Shown here in pieces: positions 1-7,100 of a stretch of 15,800 nt of DNA. The notes beneath the pieces were generated by a model. It made no database searches, had not been told where the DNA came from, and worked only from the letters and a program-made list of their open reading frames with translations. Made by a program: the position numbers and the translations under genes. Source of the DNA: Promethearchaeati archaeon (lineage in GTDB: Archaea; Asgardarchaeota; Heimdallarchaeia; JABLTI01); contig JAYEJY010000168.1 of NCBI GenBank assembly GCA_034660795.1, positions 1 through 15,800 of the forward strand, read 5' to 3'. Each line of letters starts with the position of its first letter. Positions within the stretch are counted from its first letter, which is position 1.

Positions 1-1
1 A

Positions 2-661
2 ACATTAACTGGTCATGTTACGAATATAGAAAGTATAACAGCTGATGATGATTACCTATACACAACTTGTATAAATCGAGAAACTAAGATATGGGATAAA
101 ATAACTTTTGAAGAGATTCAATCCTTACATTCTGGTGGTGCACCAATTCAATGTATAGCTGTAGATGATAAATATATCTATCTTGGTTCCTTTCGCGTTT
201 TGCGAATTGTATTAAAAGAGAATCACAAAAGGTATCTTCTATTTAAAAGACATAAGAATACAATTTCTTCAATAGCCATTGATGATAAAAAAATCTATAC
301 AGCATCTTTTGATAAGACAATTAAAATTTGGAATAAGCGAAAAATCAATTTATTATTTAATAATGGTATTTTTAGAAAAATTTTCTATAGAAATCAATTT
401 CTAAATAAATTATATGGCACAAAAGAAGAAAAGACTTTGAAAAGCAATAAAAGAGCACTTTCAGCAATTGTTACTAATAATAAATATATTTTTACAGGTT
501 CATATGGTAATGTAATAAAAATCTGGGATAAGAAAACACTTAATGTAATTAAAAAGATAAATACACATTCTGGTGGTATTTCTACTCTAAGCATTGATAA
601 TAAACATCTTTATTCAGGTTCATTAGATAATACAATTAAGGTTTGGAAAATCTTAAATTGA
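2..661 (+). CDS. WD40 / beta-propeller repeat protein, C-terminal portion (5' end lies outside the window)
   Basis: Frame 2 is open from the window edge to TGA at 659-661, so the ORF-track TTG start at 200 is not needed. The translation shows about five ~40-aa units with the WD40 pattern: LTGHVTNIESITADDDYLYTTCINRETKIWD, HKNTISSIAIDDKKIYTASFDKTIKIWN, ALSAIVTNNKYIFTGSYGNVIKIWD and HSGGISTLSIDNKHLYSGSLDNTIKVWK. Confidence 0.8.
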   Translation, partial: TLTGHVTNIESITADDDYLYTTCINRETKIWDKITFEEIQSLHSGGAPIQCIAVDDKYIYLGSFRVLRIVLKENHKRYLLFKRHKNTISSIAIDDKKIYTASFDKTIKIWNKRKINLLFNNGIFRKIFYRNQFLNKLYGTKEEKTLKSNKRALSAIVTNNKYIFTGSYGNVIKIWDKKTLNVIKKINTHSGGISTLSIDNKHLYSGSLDNTIKVWKILN

Positions 662-700
662 TATTTTATATTGATAAATTGATATAAAATTTCTTTATTA

Positions 701-1054
701 TTATATTAAGAAAATACAAACCCCGATTAAATAGGATAATAAAATAGCTGCACTAATTATTAATCCAATAATACCTTTAAGTCTTTTAGATGTTAATATT
801 CCAGTAACCAAGCTTGTAAGAGGGAAGAGAATAAAAATTATCAAATAAAGATAATATCTAACCATTGAATTTGTTTCAATCATCTCCCACAAGATTAGTT
901 GAAATAACCAAGAAAAGAGAAGTAAAGAAATAATACTCAAATAAAAGGAGAGATTACCTAGAAAAGATTTCTTGCTTTTAGTAGCATTTTCACTAGAATC
1001 TTCTTGAAGACGAATTTTATCTTTTTGGTAATTATATATATCTTCATCTGGCAT
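701..1054 (-). CDS. Hypothetical small integral membrane protein (117 aa, about 3 TM helices, polar N-terminus)
   Basis: Intact ATG..stop ORF that fills the gap between neighbouring genes. It has a charged N-terminal ~30 aa followed by three hydrophobic stretches (LSFYLSIISLLLFSWLFQLILW, YYLYLIIFILFPLTSLVTGIL, GIIGLIISAAILLSYLIGVCIFLI). No recognisable family motif. Confidence 0.5.
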   Translation of the reverse strand: MPDEDIYNYQKDKIRLQEDSSENATKSKKSFLGNLSFYLSIISLLLFSWLFQLILWEMIETNSMVRYYLYLIIFILFPLTSLVTGILTSKRLKGIIGLIISAAILLSYLIGVCIFLI

Positions 1055-1128
1055 TTATTCCACTTCTATTATAAATTATTTTTCGCATTATTTATTAAAA
1101 TAATTCCTAGTTTATATTTACCATAGAA

Positions 1129-2223
1129 ATGAATGAAATAACCATGTTAACAAATAAGAATTACAAAATTGTTGCACCCGGTCGTGTTTTCCTTTTTGGG
1201 GAGCATAGTGATTATTTAGGCCTTGATGTCATTGCTATGGCAATAAATCGGAATCTTACCATAAATATTGAACCAACAAATAATGAGTTCTTTGAAATAA
1301 ACTATTTGGATCTAGAAGAAAAAGACAACTTTCCCAAAAACGAAATTTTGACCTATCGTCATTCTCGAGATTATGTACGAAGTGCTTATAATGTTCTATT
1401 AAGACAAGACATTATTCCAAAAAGATCAGCAAAAATGACCATTTCTAGTGACATACCAATTGCTAGCGGATTATCAAGTTCTTCAGCTTTATCAGTTGCT
1501 GCTATTTTAGCTTTTAGTTCATTAGCTGGAACACCTTTAACTAAAAAAGAAATTGTAGGATATGCATTTGAAGCTGAAGTTAAAGAATTTGGGGAAAGCG
1601 GTGGAAAGATGGATCACTTTGCATCAGTTTATGGTGGAATTATTCATGTTACCTTCCAGCAACAAATTGAACTTCAAGAAATAAACCTTAATTTATCTGA
1701 TTTTGTAATTGGTGACTCAAAAGAGAAAAAAGCGGATACTGTTGAAACTATAAAGTATATTCGTACGATGGTTGAGAAAGGTTATCAATTATTATCAAAA
1801 GAAATTCTTTCATTTAATCATAGGACAACTAGTCTGAAGGAAGTCAATGAACATATTGATAAATTACCTAAGACTGTACAAAAATTAACTCTTGCTTCAT
1901 TAAAAAATAGGGATATAACTAAGAAAGCTCTTATTTTTTTACAATCAAATAATTTCTCTGCACAAAAGTTTGGTTCATTATTGAATCAACATCATGAAAT
2001 TTTGCGCAATGATTTTTCCCGTTCAACGAAAAAGATTGAAAGGATGATTCAAGCTGCTAAGCAAGCAGGAGCATTGGGTTGTAAAATAAATGGGAGTGGA
2101 GGAGGGGGGACAATGGTAGCTTACGCTCCTGAAAAAGTCGAAAATGTTATCGAAGCTATAGAAAATGTTGGGGGGAAAGCATTTATTGTTACGCAATCTA
2201 ATGGTGCTTCAATTGTTTGTTAA
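1129..2223 (+). CDS. GHMP-family kinase, galactokinase-like sugar kinase (mevalonate/galactokinase superfamily)
   Basis: All three GHMP motifs are present: APGRVFLFGEHSDY (motif I), DIPIASGLSSSSALSVA (motif II, phosphate loop) and KINGSGGGGTMVAYA (motif III). PGRV..GEHxDY and GESGGKMDHF resemble the galactokinase PGRVNLIGEHTDY and GxxCGxMDQ strings more than mevalonate kinase (recalled consensus). ATG at 1144 is an alternative start. Confidence 0.8.
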   Translation: MNEITMLTNKNYKIVAPGRVFLFGEHSDYLGLDVIAMAINRNLTINIEPTNNEFFEINYLDLEEKDNFPKNEILTYRHSRDYVRSAYNVLLRQDIIPKRSAKMTISSDIPIASGLSSSSALSVAAILAFSSLAGTPLTKKEIVGYAFEAEVKEFGESGGKMDHFASVYGGIIHVTFQQQIELQEINLNLSDFVIGDSKEKKADTVETIKYIRTMVEKGYQLLSKEILSFNHRTTSLKEVNEHIDKLPKTVQKLTLASLKNRDITKKALIFLQSNNFSAQKFGSLLNQHHEILRNDFSRSTKKIERMIQAAKQAGALGCKINGSGGGGTMVAYAPEKVENVIEAIENVGGKAFIVTQSNGASIVC

Positions 2224-4172
2224 TCATTGGACCAAGAATCTCGAAGAGGAATAATTTGGTTAAAAATAGGTTTATTTTTTTTAGAATCTTTTGTATCAAT
2301 ACAGAAATACCCAATGCGTTCAAATTGAAATCTAGACCCTTTTGACTCATTTATTAGAAAAGGTTCAACAAAACCAGTTGTTTTTTCTAGGGAATTTGGA
2401 TTAATGAAATCAGTGAAATCTTTACCCTTTACTTTTTCAAGAGGATTTGCTTTCAAAAATAATTGATTATATAATCGAATTTTAACTTCCTTTGAATACT
2501 TAGCAGAAATCCAATGAATAATTCCTCTTACTTCTGGATATTCTTCCCCTGTCTCATCTTTTGAATCTGGTTCATAAGTACAATGAATTTCTTTTATTTC
2601 ACCTGTTTTTTTATCTTTTATTGCTTTCTCAAATTTAATAATATAAGCATTTTTTAATCGAACAGCTTGGGATGGCGTTAATCGGTAATAATCCTTTGGT
2701 GCTTTTTCCATGAAGTCCTCTTTTTCTATGTATAATGTTTTAGTAAATTTTACTTTGCGAGTACCCATGGATCTCTTCTTTGGATGATTCGCTAGAATAA
2801 ATTCTTCCTCTTTGTCTTCTGGATAGTTAGTAAGTACTATCTTTAAGGGATTAATAACACCCATTACTCGAGGGCATTTCTTGTAAAGATCTTCTCGAAT
2901 AGCATTATTTAAAATTGATTTGTCAATAACCTTATCCCGTTTTGAAACCCCGATTGTATTGGTGAATTGCTTAATAGCGGCTGGTGTTACTCCTCTACGT
3001 CGAAGACCTGCAAGAGTTGGCATTCTTGGGTCATCCCATCCTTCAACATAACCTTCCTTAACTAATCGTATAAGTTTACTTTTACTCATAATTGTATGTG
3101 AAATATTTACTCGAGCAAACTCTATTTGGCGAGGATGGTGGATAGGTTCTCCATTTTCATCTGTTAATTGTTCAAGATACCAATTATAGAGTGGACGGTG
3201 ATTCTCAAATTCTAAGGTACATATTGAATGCGTAATACCTTCAATACTGTCTTCTAAGCCATGTGCCCAGTCATACATAGGATAGATACACCAATCTTCT
3301 TCACGATGTGGGTGTTTTTGGTGAAGAATGCGATACATAACAGGATCACGGAGATTTAAATTAGGTGAACTCATATCGATTTTTGCACGTAGTACTCGTG
3401 ATCCCTCCGGGAATTCTCCTTTCCTCATTCGTTTAAATAAATCAAGGTTTTCATCAATACTTCGATCTCTATAGGGGCTGTTTTTACCTGGTTTGGTCAA
3501 TGTTCCCCGATATTGACTTATTTCTTCCGCACTTAGATCATCAACATATGCTTTGCCTTTTTCAATCATTTGTATAGCATATTCGTACATTTGCTCGAAA
3601 TAATCAGATGCAAAGAAGACATTATCTCCACCATTTCTTTTTTCGTAAACCCCTAACCATTTGATATCTTTTATCATAGCCTTAACATATTGTTCTTCTT
3701 CAGTTATAGGATTTGTATCGTCAAATCGAAAGTTAAATAGCCCATCATACTCTTTGGCTAAAGTATAGTTCATAATAATGGATGTCGCGTGTCCGATATG
3801 AAGATAGCCATTAGGTTCTGGAGGAAATCTCGTATGAACTTTGCCGTCGAACCGACTTGTTTCCATATCTTTATCGATAATTTCTCTGATGAAATCTTTC
3901 CCTTGAGCTTCTTCCATGTCTTCTTCAAGTTTTTCAAGAATTTCAGGATATTTTTCTGAAGCAAGTTTTTCAATTTCTAGTTGTGCCATTTCATTAATTT
4001 GTAATACCATTTGCTCAACGATTTCTTTTACTGCTTGAGCTTTTTTATGGTATTTGGGGAAAGATCCCATAATAATTTGCATAACAGGACCAACTTTTGC
4101 CTCACCATGTTCTAAAGCATTTTGAATTGCATATTTTTCACAGAGATTTTTTATTGAATCCATGTTTAACAT
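2220..4172 (-). CDS. glnS: Glutaminyl-tRNA synthetase (class I) with an ~95-aa N-terminal appended helical domain
   Basis: HIGH motif in VHTRFPPEPNGYLHIGHA; KMSKS variant in HTIMSKSKL. Long collinear matches to the recalled E. coli GlnRS sequence: NFRFDDTNP, YRGTLTKPGKNSPYRDRS, RAKIDMSSPN..RDPVMYRI, WCIYPMYDWAHGLEDSIEGITHSICTLEF, HPRQIEFARVN, VEGWDDPRMPTLAGLRRRG, FQFERIGYFC and PLRDSW. These are GlnRS-type strings, not archaeal GluRS-type (RFAPNPSG). The second Met, at 4163, is an alternative start. Confidence 0.92.
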   Translation of the reverse strand: MLNMDSIKNLCEKYAIQNALEHGEAKVGPVMQIIMGSFPKYHKKAQAVKEIVEQMVLQINEMAQLEIEKLASEKYPEILEKLEEDMEEAQGKDFIREIIDKDMETSRFDGKVHTRFPPEPNGYLHIGHATSIIMNYTLAKEYDGLFNFRFDDTNPITEEEQYVKAMIKDIKWLGVYEKRNGGDNVFFASDYFEQMYEYAIQMIEKGKAYVDDLSAEEISQYRGTLTKPGKNSPYRDRSIDENLDLFKRMRKGEFPEGSRVLRAKIDMSSPNLNLRDPVMYRILHQKHPHREEDWCIYPMYDWAHGLEDSIEGITHSICTLEFENHRPLYNWYLEQLTDENGEPIHHPRQIEFARVNISHTIMSKSKLIRLVKEGYVEGWDDPRMPTLAGLRRRGVTPAAIKQFTNTIGVSKRDKVIDKSILNNAIREDLYKKCPRVMGVINPLKIVLTNYPEDKEEEFILANHPKKRSMGTRKVKFTKTLYIEKEDFMEKAPKDYYRLTPSQAVRLKNAYIIKFEKAIKDKKTGEIKEIHCTYEPDSKDETGEEYPEVRGIIHWISAKYSKEVKIRLYNQLFLKANPLEKVKGKDFTDFINPNSLEKTTGFVEPFLINESKGSRFQFERIGYFCIDTKDSKKNKPIFNQIIPLRDSWSND

Positions 4173-4449
4173 ACTGTAAAAAAGTTCATAATAAATATTT
4201 AGTAGCTAAATCAATAAAAGCTAACCCAAAAAAAGCTTTTTTCTAGAAATTTTTCCCTAAAAAAGGTGTATTAATGTTAAAAAAAGTGAATCAAACAAAT
4301 AATAATAAATCTCTTATATCAGATATTATTTTCTTCAAACCCCTATTTGAGTAATTAATCTATTTTATTAAGTAATATTAGCGAAAATATTTTTAATACT
4401 CATATTTTATATTAAAAAGTTGATTAGTCTATAGACAAAAAGGCGATGT
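4173..4449. promoter_or_regulatory. AT-rich divergent intergenic region, presumed to hold the promoters for glnS (-) and the hydrogenase/complex-I-like operon (+)
   Basis: At 277 bp this is the largest non-coding gap in the window, and it lies between divergently oriented genes. A TATA-like tttatatt at 4406-4413 sits ~40 nt upstream of the operon ATG (4450). A TATA-like tract at 4188-4200 (minus-strand reading aaatatttattat) sits ~20-30 nt upstream of the glnS ATGs. The inverted repeat AAAAGCT (4216-4222) / AGCTTTT (4234-4240) has an 11-nt spacer. Specific elements are tentative because the whole region is A/T. Confidence 0.45.
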
Positions 4450-4788
4450 ATGTTGATTATAGTTACAAGAGAATATTCACTCTGGTTAGCACTGGGTTTA
4501 GTGCTTCTCGCCGTTATCCTACTATACCTATTGGGTCGGAGGATTGCCCCCTCCAAACCTACAGCAATAAAATGTTCTAGTTACGCTTGCGGAGAAGACA
4601 TGCCGGGCAAACATTCACAATTTTACCCGAATACCTTTATCTTTGCCATTTATTTCTCAATATTTGACATCTTGGCATTTGTCCTTGCAACCGCTATGAG
4701 TGTCTTTAAAGAAGGCCCTCAGTATGTGGCCGTTGCAGCAATATTTGCTGGAATAGGCCTATTAGGAGTGATCGTTTTACGACGGTGA
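4450..4788 (+). CDS. nuoA: NuoA-like membrane subunit (complex I subunit A / ND3 family), first gene of the operon
   Basis: 112 aa with three hydrophobic helices. The loop SSYACGEDMPGK matches the NuoA YECG loop, and FAIYFSIFDILAFVLA matches the NuoA TM2 FxxFDxE helix (Asp kept, Glu position is Leu). The position is the same as nuoA in nuo operons. Confidence 0.75.
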   Translation: MLIIVTREYSLWLALGLVLLAVILLYLLGRRIAPSKPTAIKCSSYACGEDMPGKHSQFYPNTFIFAIYFSIFDILAFVLATAMSVFKEGPQYVAVAAIFAGIGLLGVIVLRR

Positions 4789-4795
4789 AATACAC

Positions 4796-5296
4796 ATGGT
4801 TTTTAAAAAAACAGTTAATTGGGCGCGTGTAAAGTCACCATGGATCATCCACATAAATACCGGTGGCTGCAACGGATGTGATATAGAAGTTGTCGACGTT
4901 CTTACCCCAAGATATGACGTCGAACGATTTGGCATTGTTATTCAAGGCAGTCCACGACACGCGGATGTATTAGTGGTGACGGGACCAGCAACCCAGCAGA
5001 TGACGTCTCGATTAAAACGGTTATATGAACAGACACCAGATCCGAAATTTGTTGTCGCTATTGGCGCATGCGCTTGTAGTGGCGGGATTTTTAGACATAG
5101 CTATGTTGGTTGTAAAGGAATCGATACAGCCATCCCAGTTGATGTTTATGTACCTGGTTGTCCCCCTAAACCCGAGGCTATCATCTACGGAATAGCGCAA
5201 TTGTTAGCGAAACTACAGGGTAAAGAAACCCCAGTTATAACTCCTAAGGACATAAAGTCCGAAAAACTTGAACCCGATAAGGAGGTAGCTGTCTAA
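4796..5296 (+). CDS. Group 4 [NiFe]-hydrogenase small subunit / NuoB-family [4Fe-4S] subunit (MbhJ/HycG/EchC-like)
   Basis: 166 aa. [10 protein letters not shown] (Cys25/Cys28, nt 4868-4879), [12 protein letters not shown] (Cys92) and [11 protein letters not shown] (Cys122) supply the four ligands of the proximal/N2-type cluster. RYDVERFG and [12 protein letters not shown] are family-typical. The first two Cys are spaced CxxC as in hydrogenases, not adjacent CC as in complex I NuoB. Confidence 0.9.
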   Translation: MVFKKTVNWARVKSPWIIHINTGGCNGCDIEVVDVLTPRYDVERFGIVIQGSPRHADVLVVTGPATQQMTSRLKRLYEQTPDPKFVVAIGACACSGGIFRHSYVGCKGIDTAIPVDVYVPGCPPKPEAIIYGIAQLLAKLQGKETPVITPKDIKSEKLEPDKEVAV

Positions 5297-5298
5297 AA

Positions 5299-5817
5299 AT
5301 GAGTTCGTTAACAGCTGAACAAGAGGTAATTAACACCTTAAAAGATCATTTTGGAGATAAGATTCACGAAGCTGAAGCAACTCGTCCAAGAAGAATCCGA
5401 ATTAAAATCGCTGACCCTGACCAAGTTGAAGTGTTCAAATACGCAAAAGAATACATGAATGCATGGCATATGATTGCTATATCAAGTATTTACAAACCTG
5501 ATGGAACAATTGGTGTGGTTTATCATTTTGATATTAAACCACCTGTTAATGAAGGTCATAGCATTACCATGAATTTACATGTTGATTGCGAAGATAATGA
5601 GAACCCAAAACTTCAATCAGTAGTACCAGTGATACCTGGCGCAGGATTTTTTGAACGAGAAGCGTATGATTTAATGGGTATCAACTTCGAAGGACACCCA
5701 GATTTACGCAGACTTATTTTACCAGATGATTTTGAAGAAGGTGTACATCCTTTACGAAAAGACTTCCTTCTGGAAATCCAAAAGGAAGAAGCCAATAAAA
5801 AAGGCAAGAAAAATTAG
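5299..5817 (+). CDS. nuoC: NuoC-like 30-kDa subunit (MbhK/HycE-N-terminal type)
   Basis: 172 aa. The C-terminal signature [40 protein letters not shown] matches [17 protein letters not shown]...W.G.HPLRKD. A strong SD (AAGGAGGT, 5279-5286) precedes the ATG. Confidence 0.9.
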   Translation: MSSLTAEQEVINTLKDHFGDKIHEAEATRPRRIRIKIADPDQVEVFKYAKEYMNAWHMIAISSIYKPDGTIGVVYHFDIKPPVNEGHSITMNLHVDCEDNENPKLQSVVPVIPGAGFFEREAYDLMGINFEGHPDLRRLILPDDFEEGVHPLRKDFLLEIQKEEANKKGKKN

Positions 5818-5819
5818 AG

Positions 5820-7100
5820 GTGACACAAGTGGCGAAAAAACAAATCAAAGTAACAGGTCCAGACACCGGTTGCGCGGCTTGTATGCCAAAGACACTTGAA
5901 ATTCCTCTCGGGCCGCAACATCCTGCTCTTAAGGAACCAACTCATTTTCTATTAGAAGTTGAGGGAGAAGTTATTGTTAATGCAACCCCTAGAATAGGAT
6001 ATGTCCATCGTGGCATTGAAAAACTCGCTGAAACAAAAACTTACTCTATGAACTTAACACTAGTTGAACGAGTCTGTGGAATTTGCAGTCATATCCATTC
6101 AATAACCTTGGCAAATGCTACTGAAACAGCACTTGCACAAAATGGATTTGAAATTCCCGAACGAGCACATTTTATTAGAACGATAGTTGCTGAATTAGAG
6201 AGAATTCACAGCCATGTCTTATGGTTAGGTGTCGCAGCACACGAAATAGGTTTCGATACCTTATTCATGTTATCATGGCGAGACCGTGAATTAACAATGG
6301 ATTTGTTAGAAGATATCTCAGGAAACAGAGTTAATTACGCCATGAATGAGATTGGCGGATGTCGGAGAGATATAAGTCAACAACAAAGTGAAAAGATAAA
6401 GAAATACATGGAAATTACTGAACAACGAATGGAACGTTATAAAGAGATTTGCTTAAAAGAAGAAACAATAAAAAGACGGACAAGTGGAGTTGGTGTCCTT
6501 AATACAGCAAAAGCAAAAGAATTATGTGCTGTAGGACCAACTGGTCGAGCATCTGGTATAGAAACGGATATTCGACATGATGATCCCTATTCAGCATATG
6601 ACCTCGGTTTGCAAGATATTTTCAAAGTTGTAACATTTGATACCAATGATGTATTTTCCAGAGTAGTTGTTCGTATAATTGAAACAATTGAGGCAACAAA
6701 ATACATTCGATGGTTGCTTGATAATATGCCTGAAGGTGATGTCTTTAAACGACCTCCTCGCAAAGTACCAGAAGCAAAAGTACTCTCCCGGACAGAAGCT
6801 CCAAGAGGAGAACTTATTCATTATCTCTGGTCAAATGACAGTGACAAACCATATCGATTGAAAATAACTACCCCAACACTCAACAATATCCAATCTGTGG
6901 CTGAAATGCTTCGAGGCGATTATATTGCTGATTCAACAATTACCCTCGCTTCAATAGATCCCTGTTTTAGTTGTGAAGATCGTTCTATAACTATTATCAA
7001 CAAAGATCGACGAAAACCAGAAATAACAACTTTAACAGAATCAGAATTACGACGACGAAATAAGAAATGGCATGAAAAAAATGGATGGGATAAAAGATGA
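5820..7100 (+). CDS. Group 4 [NiFe]-hydrogenase large (catalytic) subunit at the NuoD position (NuoD/HycE/MbhL/EchE family)
   Basis: N-terminal Ni-Fe motif ERVCGICSHIH (Cys codons 6075-6077 and 6084-6086). C-terminal motif DPCFSCEDR (6957-6983), followed by 38 further residues. GPQHPALKEPTHF is the hydrogenase-type loop. The start is GTG at 5820 or, more likely, GTG at 5829, which lies 5 nt downstream of SD AGAGGTGA (5816-5823). ATG at 5883 is also possible but has no SD. Confidence 0.9.
   Translation: MTQVAKKQIKVTGPDTGCAACMPKTLEIPLGPQHPALKEPTHFLLEVEGEVIVNATPRIGYVHRGIEKLAETKTYSMNLTLVERVCGICSHIHSITLANATETALAQNGFEIPERAHFIRTIVAELERIHSHVLWLGVAAHEIGFDTLFMLSWRDRELTMDLLEDISGNRVNYAMNEIGGCRRDISQQQSEKIKKYMEITEQRMERYKEICLKEETIKRRTSGVGVLNTAKAKELCAVGPTGRASGIETDIRHDDPYSAYDLGLQDIFKVVTFDTNDVFSRVVVRIIETIEATKYIRWLLDNMPEGDVFKRPPRKVPEAKVLSRTEAPRGELIHYLWSNDSDKPYRLKITTPTLNNIQSVAEMLRGDYIADSTITLASIDPCFSCEDRSITIINKDRRKPEITTLTESELRRRNKKWHEKNGWDKR

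Noticed and set aside
663-690. Inverted repeat ATTTTATA (663-670) / TATAAAAT (683-690) between the convergent WD40 and membrane-protein genes, considered as a terminator
   Set aside because: The stem is entirely A/T with a 12-nt loop, so predicted stability is negligible. Such palindromes arise by chance in ~20% GC spacers. It is not reported as a feature.
4790-5300. Locally high GC (48% in line 4861-4920 against 17-22% in lines from the flanking WD40 and terminal membrane genes) as evidence that the operon is a horizontally acquired island
   Set aside because: A conserved stretch of glnS is equally GC-rich (47% in 3001-3060), and nuoM is intermediate (40% in 12001-12060). The pattern tracks protein conservation and amino-acid constraint rather than a block boundary. 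No integrase, tRNA or flanking direct repeats are present.
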